Assembly (NCBI GenBank): GCA_963693055.1
Contig: OY843751.1
Coordinates: 4,576,001-4,640,000 of the forward strand
DNA from: a bacterium
GTDB lineage: Bacteria > Zhuqueibacterota > Zhuqueibacteria > Residuimicrobiales > Krinioviventaceae
Direction of reading: 5' to 3'
Length of the DNA stretch: 64,000 bases
The stretch's first letter is position 1. Each line of letters begins with the position of its first letter. Positions 1-10,025 of this stretch are shown here, piece after piece. The notes beneath the pieces were generated by a model. It had not been told where the DNA came from. It saw nothing but the letters and a program-made list of their open reading frames with translations, and did not search any database. The position numbers and the translations under genes were made by a program.

Positions 1-50
1 CTGGATTTTAATAAATTCCGAATCGCCACTCTAAAGTAATTTTGAAACAT
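1..50 (-). CDS. 5' end of a ninth ABC permease (MacB/FtsX-type), continuing beyond the window
   Basis: Reverse complement from 50 reads MFQNYFRVAIRNLLKS, matching the N-termini of the neighbouring permeases (e.g. MISNYFKIALRNLFKN); AAGGGA RBS upstream. Confidence 0.85.
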   Translation of the reverse strand, partial: MFQNYFRVAIRNLLKS

Positions 51-103
51 TTTTATCCCTTTTAAATTTATTCAATTGGATATGCCATTCGACTTAAATT
101 TTT

Positions 104-191
104 TCTAGTTTTCAGTTATCAGTCATATTAAATCATTTAATAAACTCAAAATAGATAGCCACTGAAAACTGCATACTGATAACTGATTACT
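104..191. repeat. Inverted heptamer-array element (empty copy 1)
   Basis: ctagt-tttcagt-tatcagt ... actgaaa-actgcat-actgata-actgatt-act; 7-bp period; ends next to the stop codon at 193. Confidence 0.85.
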
Positions 192-192
192 C

Positions 193-2541
193 TTATTCAA
201 ACCTCAATGCGTCTACCGGATTGGCATTTGCCGCTTTAATGGATTGCCAACTCACAGTTAACACGGCAAAAGCAAAAGCCAGAAAACCGGCCAATACAAA
301 TATCCACAAATCCAGATGGATCCGGTACACATAGCTTTGCAGCCATTTATTCATCAAAAACCACGAAACCGGCCACGCAATTACATTCGCAATCAACACC
401 CATTTTCCAAAATCGATAAAAGTTTTAACAACAATACCCGACACCTCGGCTCCCAAAACTTTGCGGATCCCAATCTCTTTTGTGCGCTGTTCATTTAAAA
501 ATGTTGACAAACCAAACAGTCCCAGACAAGAGACAAATACAGCAAGTATAGTGGACAAGAGTATAATTTTTTGAGAGAATTCTTGTGTCTGATTAAACTG
601 ATGAGAAACATCACTCAAATATTGATAATTCAAGGGCCGTTCCGGGCTGAAGCGATTACAAGTTTCACGTATAAAACCAACAGTTTTGGTGATTTCTCTA
701 ATATCTTTTAATTCAGGATTCATTTTTATAAATAGATATTTACTTGCTGCTGTATTTAGCCCAAATGCTAGGGGTTCGGGTTTTCCGGTTAATGTTTTAT
801 TATGATGAAAATCTTTGACAATACCCACCAGTGTGATATATCGGTCATTCACAAAAAAGGGAACACCTGCCTTCATCTCCATACCTGCTGCCTTAATCGC
901 CGCTTCATTTACAACCACAGCGCCTTTTGCATCATTGGGAAATTCCGAAGAGAAATATCGTCCATCTACCAATTCCAGATCAAATGCTTCCAAAAAATCA
1001 TATCCGGTTTCTGTATAGCACAATCTACGTGACTTTTGATCGTTCACACCCCATTGAAAAAAAGACCCGTTTAAAATCGAATTGGGAAGATTTGATGCAG
1101 TAGTTACCGTTTTGATTTGCGGATTCTGTAGTAATTCTTGTTTCAAGGGCTGATAATTATTTTGTATCTCTCCATCCATTTGAACATAAATTACATTGCT
1201 TTCATTGACACCCAAATTGAAATTTTTCACATATTTCACCTGGGAGCTAATCACAATCGCCATAATCACAAATCCAATCGAAAAAACAAATTGCACAACA
1301 ATCAAAGTTTTTCTCAATCGTCCTCGGGCGGAAGATAAAGACTGTTGCTTGAATATCTTGACAGGTTGAAATCGGGATAAATACAAAGCAGGGTATCCAC
1401 CGGCAAGCAATCCTGTAACAATCAATAACCCAACAAATCCAATCCAAAACACAGGATCAGCAATATCGAGACTGATTGCCTTACCGGTCATTTGGTTAAA
1501 TTTGTTTAATAAAAGACGTATAATTAAAAGAGCGAGTACTCCTGCCATTCCGGTCAAGAGTAATGATTCACCCATAAACTGTTTCGCAATTTCAAACCGG
1601 CTTGCACCGGTCACTTTGCGCACAGCTATCTCTCTGGCTCTAACGGTAGCACGTGCTGTAGCCAAATTCATAAAGTTAATACAGGCAATGGATAATATAA
1701 TCAGAGCTATTAATGCCAGAATTAAATTGCGCGTTTCTCCTCCGGTATCAAACATATAAGTATCGTTAAATGGCATTAATACAATTTCAAAGGATATCGT
1801 TTCCCCTTTTGAAAAAATTCGTTGACTGATTTTGTCAGATAAATTTTGATAATCAATACCGGAATCCAGCAAAACATAAGTCAAATATTGACATGGAAAA
1901 AATGGAGTTCCTTCTATATCCTGCCCCAGCTTTTTTAAAAATTCCAGGGGCAAAACATAGGTAAAGGTCCTGTAGGCATTTCCAGGAAGGTCTTCAACAA
2001 TACCGGTTACTTTGAAATCAAATTTATTATCATAACGAATCACTTGCCCCAGAGCATTCTCATTACCAAAATATTTTTTTGCTAATGATTCGGTTAATAC
2101 GATACTCTCAGGGTCCTGCAACGCGGTTTCAGGATTACCCGAGATGAATGAATATGAAAACACACTAAAAATGGACGGGTCCGCAGAAATCCCCCCCCTC
2201 TCTAATATCCGGGTTTCACCGGTCTTGAATACATGCGGGGCCATTAATCGCACACGAACCGACTCTATAATTTCAGGATATTCGGATTTAAAAATATTTG
2301 CAATAGCGGGCGATACCGTAGACTGCAAGTTGGTATTTTCACCCTGTGTGCTTTTTAAATACGCTTGACACATTCTGTCCCGGTTTTCATGGAAACTGTC
2401 AACGCTCAATTCATTCTGTATCCATAAAAGAATTAAAATGGAACAACTCAATCCTATAGCCAAACCTGCAACATTTATAAATGAATAGGTCTTGTATTTC
2501 ATCAAATTCCGAAAAACCGCTTTTAACAAATTCTTGAACAT
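193..2541 (-). CDS. ABC transporter permease, duplicated MacB-periplasmic/FtsX architecture
   Basis: 782 aa; N-terminal TM, IACINFMNL...RAREIAVRKVTGA, second EQRTKEIGIRKVLGA, C-terminal ANPVDALRFE. Confidence 0.95.
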   Translation of the reverse strand: MFKNLLKAVFRNLMKYKTYSFINVAGLAIGLSCSILILLWIQNELSVDSFHENRDRMCQAYLKSTQGENTNLQSTVSPAIANIFKSEYPEIIESVRVRLMAPHVFKTGETRILERGGISADPSIFSVFSYSFISGNPETALQDPESIVLTESLAKKYFGNENALGQVIRYDNKFDFKVTGIVEDLPGNAYRTFTYVLPLEFLKKLGQDIEGTPFFPCQYLTYVLLDSGIDYQNLSDKISQRIFSKGETISFEIVLMPFNDTYMFDTGGETRNLILALIALIILSIACINFMNLATARATVRAREIAVRKVTGASRFEIAKQFMGESLLLTGMAGVLALLIIRLLLNKFNQMTGKAISLDIADPVFWIGFVGLLIVTGLLAGGYPALYLSRFQPVKIFKQQSLSSARGRLRKTLIVVQFVFSIGFVIMAIVISSQVKYVKNFNLGVNESNVIYVQMDGEIQNNYQPLKQELLQNPQIKTVTTASNLPNSILNGSFFQWGVNDQKSRRLCYTETGYDFLEAFDLELVDGRYFSSEFPNDAKGAVVVNEAAIKAAGMEMKAGVPFFVNDRYITLVGIVKDFHHNKTLTGKPEPLAFGLNTAASKYLFIKMNPELKDIREITKTVGFIRETCNRFSPERPLNYQYLSDVSHQFNQTQEFSQKIILLSTILAVFVSCLGLFGLSTFLNEQRTKEIGIRKVLGAEVSGIVVKTFIDFGKWVLIANVIAWPVSWFLMNKWLQSYVYRIHLDLWIFVLAGFLAFAFAVLTVSWQSIKAANANPVDALRFE

Positions 2542-2604
2542 TATGAGAACCTCAACTATATTAATAACAAAATAACTATAAATATCTACCAGACAGAAAT
2601 CGTA

Positions 2605-4965
2605 CTATTCATATTTCAGCGTCTTGGCCGGATTCAAGGTTGCAGCATTTATAGATTGCAGAATCAAAGCAAAAAGTGATAATCCAATCAAAGAAAAACC
2701 AGATACAATAAATATCCACCAATGCATATCCACTCGAAATGTAAAATTCTGAAGCCATGTATTCATAATCCAATATGCAATAGGGCTCGAAATAATCATC
2801 GCAATAACACCCAGCAATATAAACTCACGTGACAAGCCTGCAATAATATCTGTAACTGATGCGCCCAGTATTTTCCGAACACCAATTTCTTTTATTCTTC
2901 GCTCTGTATTAAAAGCAGCTAATCCTATTAAACCCATTATAGTAATAATTATGGCAAGTAAAGTAATATATAGTAAAATTGTTCGCGTAAATTCTTCCAT
3001 TTTATAATGACGATATATTACATCATCAAGAAATGTAAAAGAGAATTCCTGATCAGGTATTATATCACTAAATACCTTGTGAATTTCATCCAATGTTTTA
3101 TGCATTTGCCCCTGTTGGACCTTGATGTAAAGTTGCCCTCCATTAACAGTATTGTAAAGGACAAAGGGACGAATCGGTTTGTGCAATGATTCTGTATGAT
3201 AATTTTTGACAACACCAATAATGACTCCTGACATTTCCATCATAGAGTTTTCAGCCCAGGTAATCTGTTTACCAAGAGGTTCTGAAATACCCATCGCTTT
3301 AACAGCTTCTTCATTAACCACACAAGCATTACTCAAATCAGAAGGATGTTCGCTCGAAAAGAATCTACCTTGAGCCATTTCAAGGTTAAAAGTCTTTTGA
3401 TAATCTTCATCAACCCGATTAAAACCTACGTCAAAAACAATATCCGGATCTTTCCCGGGCCAACTCAAACCTGCTGATGCCTGCCATTGAGTCATGTCAA
3501 ATTGTGCCAAAGTAACACTCTTTATATTTATGTTTTTCAATAATTCTTTTTTTAAAACATGACTTTTATCCACTACTTTGTTGTGAATAGGAATAATTAC
3601 AACATTGTCATGATCAAACCCCAGAGGCTTTGTTTGTAAAAAATGTATCTGATAATAAATAATAGATACACATATAATAAAAAAAATGGACAAGGTAAAT
3701 TGAACGGTTACCAACAGCTTTCGGAGGACAGAAGGTTTGGAATAAATTTTATTCGTTGAATTGCTTTTTAACAATCCCACAGGGATTAATCCTGACATAA
3801 AAAAAGCGGGATATCCACCGGCAGCAATTCCCACAATCATCACAAATATCAACAATGTAGACCAATGTTCAGCAACGACAAACTCTAGCTGTTCACCCAA
3901 AAGTGTATTTACAAAAGGCAGAACCAGTTTTACAAAAAGAATTGATAAAATTAATGCAAAAACACTAAACAATACAGATTCAAGTAAGAATTGTATCAAG
4001 AGTTGATATCGTCTTGCACCTATTACTTTTTTAACAGCAATTTCTTTTGTTCGGACTGAAGCACGTGCAGTAGACATGTTTACATAATTAATGCAAGCCA
4101 TTACTAGTATAAATAAAGCCAATAAGGAAAAGATATAAACATATACAATTCTGCCGCCCTGACCATCAATTGCATGTAAATGAATATCTTTTAATGGTTG
4201 TAAAAATAAATAATTGGGAGAACCATCAGGATTTAAATCATTATAAACAGAAATTATCTTTTTATTTACATTTTGCATATCAATATTATCATGCAACATG
4301 ACAAATAATTGACCGCTTTTAATACTCGTGCTTTTAAACACCTCAGGTGAAAACTGGTACGGAAGTAAAAAATCAAACTGAATATGTGAATTTACCGGTG
4401 GAGCTTTGATAACTGCAGCAATTGAAAATTGAGAATTTCCCAGCATTATACTTTTTCCCAAAGCAGGTTCACTGTTGAACAACTTTCTTTCTACCTTGTC
4501 TGTAATCACTATACTCTTGGGTTCAGATAATGCAGTTGCAGCATTACCTGATATCAATGAAAAAGAAAACATGTCCAAAAAATCAGAATGAACAATTCCT
4601 GCCGATGCAAACATTTCTTTTCCCTGGTTGGAAAGATTCCAACTCGGATTACCAAAAAACGAAGCATGACTGATCTCTGGATATTTTTCAACCAATATTT
4701 CAGCCAAACCGCCAGGCATTACTGGGCTATAAAATACTTTTTCATCAGTGTTGTTTGTATCAGTATAAAAACAAATACGATATAATTGATCAATATTTTT
4801 GTGAAAACGATCAAAACCAAGTTCATGCTCAACCCAAAGCATAATTATTATCGAACAGGCTATCCCTATTGCCAATCCCACAATATTATTAATTGTGTAA
4901 ATTTTGTTTTTCATTACCTGTCGAAAAAAAATTCTAAAATCATTCAAGGCAATTCTCCTATTCAT
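2605..4965 (-). CDS. ABC transporter permease (MacB/FtsX-type)
   Basis: 786 aa; MACINYVNM...KEIAVKKVIGA, ERRIKEIGVRKILGA, ends NPAKTLKYE. Confidence 0.95.
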   Translation of the reverse strand: MNRRIALNDFRIFFRQVMKNKIYTINNIVGLAIGIACSIIIMLWVEHELGFDRFHKNIDQLYRICFYTDTNNTDEKVFYSPVMPGGLAEILVEKYPEISHASFFGNPSWNLSNQGKEMFASAGIVHSDFLDMFSFSLISGNAATALSEPKSIVITDKVERKLFNSEPALGKSIMLGNSQFSIAAVIKAPPVNSHIQFDFLLPYQFSPEVFKSTSIKSGQLFVMLHDNIDMQNVNKKIISVYNDLNPDGSPNYLFLQPLKDIHLHAIDGQGGRIVYVYIFSLLALFILVMACINYVNMSTARASVRTKEIAVKKVIGARRYQLLIQFLLESVLFSVFALILSILFVKLVLPFVNTLLGEQLEFVVAEHWSTLLIFVMIVGIAAGGYPAFFMSGLIPVGLLKSNSTNKIYSKPSVLRKLLVTVQFTLSIFFIICVSIIYYQIHFLQTKPLGFDHDNVVIIPIHNKVVDKSHVLKKELLKNINIKSVTLAQFDMTQWQASAGLSWPGKDPDIVFDVGFNRVDEDYQKTFNLEMAQGRFFSSEHPSDLSNACVVNEEAVKAMGISEPLGKQITWAENSMMEMSGVIIGVVKNYHTESLHKPIRPFVLYNTVNGGQLYIKVQQGQMHKTLDEIHKVFSDIIPDQEFSFTFLDDVIYRHYKMEEFTRTILLYITLLAIIITIMGLIGLAAFNTERRIKEIGVRKILGASVTDIIAGLSREFILLGVIAMIISSPIAYWIMNTWLQNFTFRVDMHWWIFIVSGFSLIGLSLFALILQSINAATLNPAKTLKYE

Positions 4966-5016
4966 TACTAAATGTTGTTAGCATCCATCAACTTTTTTTG
5001 GGTTACTCGTTCACCA

Positions 5017-5040
5017 TCGGTTCCTGAGCTTGTCGAAGGA
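5017..5040. repeat. Single arm of a REP-like CTTCGACAAGCTCAG-type repeat
   Basis: tcggttcctgagcttgtcgaagga in the spacer just after the stop at 5046; no partner arm seen in the window. Confidence 0.5.
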
Positions 5041-5045
5041 CAACC

Positions 5046-7436
5046 TCACTCATACCTCAATGCATCAACCGGGTTCGCTGTAGCTGCCCTGTAAACCTGC
5101 CCGGCAACAGTCAAAAACGCAATAAACAACGTTACAAACCAGGCCAGGATAAAAATACCAGGTCCGATATTGGTCTTGTAAGCAAAATTTTGCATCCATT
5201 TTATGCTTAAATACCATGCGGCAGGCGTTGCTATCAATACCGCAATATTAAGAAGAATAAAATACTCTTTCGATAGCCCCAAAAGCACATTCCCGATCGA
5301 TGCACCCAAAACTTTTCGAACGCCAATTTCTCTGGTTCGCTGTTCCGTACTAAAAGACACCAATCCGAACAGCCCAATGCTGGCAATAAAAATAGCAAAG
5401 ATTGAAAAAACGGTCATGATCTTGCGGGTTTTCATTTCTGAAAAATACATTTGCGCATAGACATCATCCAAAATGAACCGTTCAAAATCAGCATTGGGTG
5501 CATATTGCGTCCAGATATCTTGCATGAATGAAAACAATTTTTGCATATTTTCAGGCTCACAACGTACCGAAATATAATTCCGAAAATCAGGATTAATTAA
5601 TAAAACAATCCCTTCAACAGCTGAATGCAGGGATTTAAAGTTGAAATCTTTAACAACACCAATCACTCTTCCGGTTCTGTCTTGTAATTCAGGTACTCTG
5701 AATTCTTTACCTACAGCGGTTTCCCATCCCAGTTGTTTTTTCAATTTTTCACTTATTATATATGCATCGGTTTTATCTGTTTCATAATCCCGCGAAAAAT
5801 CACGTCCTTCAATTAATTCAAGTCCGAAAAATTTTAAAAAATCATAATCTACTGCAGTACAGCTCGCAAACCACATTCGGTCATAGGTTTGACCTTCAAA
5901 CTCGAACTGCTTTCCAAAAATACCATTCAGGTTATTGGGACCATAACCGCTAACATCTTTGACCCAGGTTTCCTGCAATAACTGTTGTCGGATTGTCTCA
6001 AAATTGTTCTGTACTTTTGCCGGCATTTTAAAATCAACCACATGCTCTTTGTCAAAACCCAGATTTTTATTTTGCATCCACTGCAATTGTTTATTGATTG
6101 TAAAACTGGTAACAATTAATACCATGGTTATAAAAAACTGGGCAACTACCAAAATACGACGAATATTAAAAAATCCGCTGGCACCAATATCACGGTTCTT
6201 GTTCATGATTGCTTTAGGTGCCGGTTTTGCCAACACCTGTGCAGGATACCAACCGGTTAATAACCCCACAATAAATGTAAGTAATGCCATGTATCCCAAA
6301 ATCTGTATTCGGGTTATACCCAGCATGCCCAATTCATTATCAAACAATCGATTAAATAAAGGCAGTGTGAGTTCAATAATCAGATAGCCAATAAACATCG
6401 CCAGAAATGCAAACAGTAGTGATTCTCCAAAAAATTGTCCCGATATCTGAAATTTTGTTGCACCAATGGCCTTGCGAATGCCTACTTCTCTGGCCCTTCG
6501 CTGAGCTCGCGCGGTTGCGAGATTGATATAATTCATACATGCTATAGCCAATACCAGCAATGCAATTGCAGAAAAGAGATAAATATAGGTAATATCCAGC
6601 TTGCGCCAGTTACGGTCCGCATCAATACTTGAAGAATATAAATGAATTTTCTCCAGGGGTTGCAAAACAAACGACAATCCGTCTTTAACCTCGGCGGGCA
6701 TTATTTTCGAAACCAGTGGAGGCATTTTAGCTTCGAGTTGTTGAATATCTGCACCAGGTGTAATCAGCAAATAGCTCATAAAATCAAGATCGTAATCATG
6801 ATTTTCCATATAACTTTCTAACCAATAGGGATCAAAAGAGCATAATACCTGAAAATTTAAATGAGAATTTCTTGGAGCTTTTTCCAAAACACCGGTTATC
6901 TTGTAATTGGTATCATCACCAGCCCGCACAAATCGCCCTATAGGATTTTCATCGCCAAACAATGCATCTGCGGCTTCAGCAGTAAGAACCAGACTTTTAG
7001 GCTCTACCAGCGCAGTATTGGGATCTCCATATTTAAACTTGTAGCTGAATATCTCAAAAAAATCAGGATCCGCACAATAAAATCCCCAATAGGGTTTAAC
7101 CTTGTCACCATTTCGAACCATAACCGTTTCTTCAACCCGATACATGCGCACAAACTTTTCAATCTCGGGGAACTCTGCCTTTAACTCTGGTGCCATGCGT
7201 CCATTGGTTCCGCCATTGATATGATCATTAATGCCATTCACATGTACATCAAGAACCAGCCTCACCGTTCTGTCTGATTTTTCATGAAAACGATCAAAAG
7301 ATAAATGATAATGAATCCAAATAAAGAGAATCATGCACAGCGCCAATCCCATCGCCAAACCTGTCACATTGATCACAGAATATATTTTTTGCCGAAACAT
7401 ATTCCGAAATGCAGTTTTTATATAATTAATAAACAT
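5046..7436 (-). CDS. ABC transporter permease (MacB/FtsX-type)
   Basis: 796 aa; IACMNYINL...RAREVGIRKAIGA, EQRTREIGVRKVLGA, ends ANPVDALRYE. Confidence 0.95.
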   Translation of the reverse strand: MFINYIKTAFRNMFRQKIYSVINVTGLAMGLALCMILFIWIHYHLSFDRFHEKSDRTVRLVLDVHVNGINDHINGGTNGRMAPELKAEFPEIEKFVRMYRVEETVMVRNGDKVKPYWGFYCADPDFFEIFSYKFKYGDPNTALVEPKSLVLTAEAADALFGDENPIGRFVRAGDDTNYKITGVLEKAPRNSHLNFQVLCSFDPYWLESYMENHDYDLDFMSYLLITPGADIQQLEAKMPPLVSKIMPAEVKDGLSFVLQPLEKIHLYSSSIDADRNWRKLDITYIYLFSAIALLVLAIACMNYINLATARAQRRAREVGIRKAIGATKFQISGQFFGESLLFAFLAMFIGYLIIELTLPLFNRLFDNELGMLGITRIQILGYMALLTFIVGLLTGWYPAQVLAKPAPKAIMNKNRDIGASGFFNIRRILVVAQFFITMVLIVTSFTINKQLQWMQNKNLGFDKEHVVDFKMPAKVQNNFETIRQQLLQETWVKDVSGYGPNNLNGIFGKQFEFEGQTYDRMWFASCTAVDYDFLKFFGLELIEGRDFSRDYETDKTDAYIISEKLKKQLGWETAVGKEFRVPELQDRTGRVIGVVKDFNFKSLHSAVEGIVLLINPDFRNYISVRCEPENMQKLFSFMQDIWTQYAPNADFERFILDDVYAQMYFSEMKTRKIMTVFSIFAIFIASIGLFGLVSFSTEQRTREIGVRKVLGASIGNVLLGLSKEYFILLNIAVLIATPAAWYLSIKWMQNFAYKTNIGPGIFILAWFVTLFIAFLTVAGQVYRAATANPVDALRYE

Positions 7437-7478
7437 ACTTTCTCTTCATTCTGCAGACTTGAATTAATTATCATATTT

Positions 7479-7510
7479 TTTCAGCCTTTAGCTATAAGCT
7501 TATAGCTTAT
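7479..7510. repeat. AGC-type heptamer array; partner of 12430-12450
   Basis: AGC at 7483, 7490, 7497, 7504; contains the perfect 18-bp palindrome agctataagcttatagct (7490-7507). Confidence 0.8.
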
Positions 7511-7511
7511 T

Positions 7512-9902
7512 TTATTCATACCTCAACGCGTTGACCGGATCAGCATTTGCCGCTTTGCTCACCTGCCAGGCAATGCTCAACATTGCTATAACAAGCGCTA
7601 TACTGCCGGCTGCAATAAATACCCACCACGGTATACTTGAACGATACGCATAACCTGACAGCCATTTATTCATCACAAACCAACCGGCAGGCCAGGCAAT
7701 CAAATTACTCAGCACCACCCATTTCATGTATTCTGCAGCAAACAGATGCCAGATGCCTGAAACAGATGATCCCAACACCTTGCGAATGCCAATCTCTTTG
7801 GTTTTCTGCTGAATAGAAAAAGACGCCAGACCAAACAATCCCAAACAGGCAATCAACATGGCAAATACAGCAAAACTGTTCAGTAATAGTGCGGACCGCT
7901 CTTCGCCCGCATATACCTGGTCAAGTTTTTCATCCACAAAAGTATAACTAAATGGATAATTATGCCCGTGTTTTTGCCAGGTTTCCTGTATATATGATAT
8001 TGTCTCTTGCATATGATCAGGACGGATTTTAATCAGCAATGTATGATTGTAAAACGGGTGTACAAATATAGCCAATGGTTTAACCGGTGTTTTCAGACTG
8101 CGAAAGTGAAAATCTTTAACCACACCAATAATTTCGCCGCGCTTGCCATAATGTTCAAACCATTTGCTAACCGGTGAATCGGGGCCCATCATTTTCGCGG
8201 CAGATTCATTTATCATATAGGCACCGCCATCCCAATTACTCATATCATTTGCAAATTCTTTAGAGAACGCGCGCCCTTCAACAATCGGAATATCAAAAAC
8301 ATCAAAAAAATCATAATGTACGCTCAGCCAGTTCACTAACTCGGAATCTCCCTCCGGTTTACCCTCCCAGTTGGCAGGTGCCGCTAAAGTTTGCACGTCT
8401 CCGGGAGATTGAAAAGATTGCGTAACGCCCAAAATATTAGGATTCTCAAGCAATTCCGTTTTCAATCCATTATAAAAAGAACCATCTTCCCGATATCCCC
8501 AATGAAGTACCATGGGTATAGAGATTACATTCTTGTGGTTATAACCCACGTCAAAATTCCTGACAAAGCGTAACTGCTGAAATACTACAAATGTACTGAT
8601 AAGAAAAAGGATGGAAAGTGTAAATTGCACTACAACCAGACCCTTGCGAATGCCGGCCCGATTTCCTCCGGGAATAATCTGATTTTTAAGTATTACAACC
8701 GGTCTGAACCTGCTGATAAACAATGCAGGATAAATCCCCGCAGCCAACCCTGTCATCACAGTCAATCCTGCCAAAACTGACCAAAAAAGTGGCTGCCCTT
8801 TTGGTAGATGCGTAAACGTCTTGCCGGAGATATGATTAAACAGAGGCATAATAAACTCTACAAATAGCAAAGATACTATAAACGCCGTCGCAGTAACCAC
8901 AAGTGATTCTAAAACAAACTGAACGATCAACTGACTGCGGTTCGCACCAATCGCTTTTTTCACACCAATCTCCGGTAAACGCCTGCTAAACTGTGCTACG
9001 GACAAGTTCATAAAGTTGATACAGGCAATGACCAGTATCAAAATGGCTATCCCTAAAAAAGTATAAATTTCTTTAATCTCTACTGCAGCGGCGTTCACCG
9101 GTACCGATTCGGGATGCGTATGAATTCCGATAAACGGAAAAATACGCAGCGTTAAATCATCAACCGCATGTTTATGTGCAAAATCTGATATCATGGAAGC
9201 AACTTTTTCCGAGCTTCCCTTTTCATTCAACTGGATATAGGTTGAATTGGCGCCGGGGGTATGCCAGTCCTCCAAAACTGTCGTGTATCGAACCATAAAG
9301 GTATGAATGGGCACCAAAAACTCAAAATCAAACATAGAGTTCCGGGGCAAATCTTTAAGCACTCCTGCTACCTTGAACTCAAATATAGGATCAAACTTTA
9401 AAATCTTTCCAATAGGATCCGTATCACCAAAATACTTTTTCGCCATCTTTTCAGTCAACAAAATATTATCCGGGCCATCAAACATTAGCTGCACATTTCC
9501 CCTCACCAGTGGAAAACTGAACATGCTTAGAAATGTCGAATCCACTCCTAAAGTTTTATCTTCAACAAAATGCTTATCCTCATAACTGACCAGAAAATCA
9601 TCCAGATAATTGACCCGCGTTGCGTTAACAATCTCCGGAATTTCCGTTTTAAGCGCTTCAGCCAATGGCCCCGGAGTTTCAGTATAGGTTTGCACATTAC
9701 CACCTAGATGCTCATCTGCCAGCACGATATACAACGAATCCGCGTTTTCATGAAACCGATCAAAACTGAGCTCATCCGTCACCCAAAGCATAATCAAAAA
9801 ACTTGCTGTCAAACCAATCGCCAAACCCAGAACATTGATCAAAGAAAAGGTTTTATTCTTGAAAAGATTTCTCAACGCAATTTTGAAATAATTTGAAATC
9901 AT
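7512..9902 (-). CDS. ABC transporter permease (MacB/FtsX-type)
   Basis: 796 aa; IACINFMNL, QQKTKEIGIRKVLG, ends ADPVNALRYE. Confidence 0.95.
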   Translation of the reverse strand: MISNYFKIALRNLFKNKTFSLINVLGLAIGLTASFLIMLWVTDELSFDRFHENADSLYIVLADEHLGGNVQTYTETPGPLAEALKTEIPEIVNATRVNYLDDFLVSYEDKHFVEDKTLGVDSTFLSMFSFPLVRGNVQLMFDGPDNILLTEKMAKKYFGDTDPIGKILKFDPIFEFKVAGVLKDLPRNSMFDFEFLVPIHTFMVRYTTVLEDWHTPGANSTYIQLNEKGSSEKVASMISDFAHKHAVDDLTLRIFPFIGIHTHPESVPVNAAAVEIKEIYTFLGIAILILVIACINFMNLSVAQFSRRLPEIGVKKAIGANRSQLIVQFVLESLVVTATAFIVSLLFVEFIMPLFNHISGKTFTHLPKGQPLFWSVLAGLTVMTGLAAGIYPALFISRFRPVVILKNQIIPGGNRAGIRKGLVVVQFTLSILFLISTFVVFQQLRFVRNFDVGYNHKNVISIPMVLHWGYREDGSFYNGLKTELLENPNILGVTQSFQSPGDVQTLAAPANWEGKPEGDSELVNWLSVHYDFFDVFDIPIVEGRAFSKEFANDMSNWDGGAYMINESAAKMMGPDSPVSKWFEHYGKRGEIIGVVKDFHFRSLKTPVKPLAIFVHPFYNHTLLIKIRPDHMQETISYIQETWQKHGHNYPFSYTFVDEKLDQVYAGEERSALLLNSFAVFAMLIACLGLFGLASFSIQQKTKEIGIRKVLGSSVSGIWHLFAAEYMKWVVLSNLIAWPAGWFVMNKWLSGYAYRSSIPWWVFIAAGSIALVIAMLSIAWQVSKAANADPVNALRYE

Positions 9903-9934
9903 TATTTATCCAATTTTCTATGGTCATTCAATTC

Positions 9935-10023
9935 CAAGTCATCAGTAATCAGTCGTCAGTTATCAGTTTAAAAACGACTTGATACATCTTTTACTGAGAA
10001 CTGAATACTGATTACTGACCACT
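9935..10023. repeat. Inverted heptamer-array element (empty copy 2, 5+5 units)
   Basis: AGT at 9937, 9944, 9951, 9958, 9965; ACT at 9993, 10000, 10007, 10014, 10021; 25-bp loop. Confidence 0.9.
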
Positions 10024-10025
10024 CT

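Noticed and set aside
9935-10023. Heptamer hairpins as ordinary intrinsic terminators
   Set aside because: Stems are AT-rich with periodic mismatches, have no GC clamp or consistent U-tract on the coding strand, and lie inside an apparent operon
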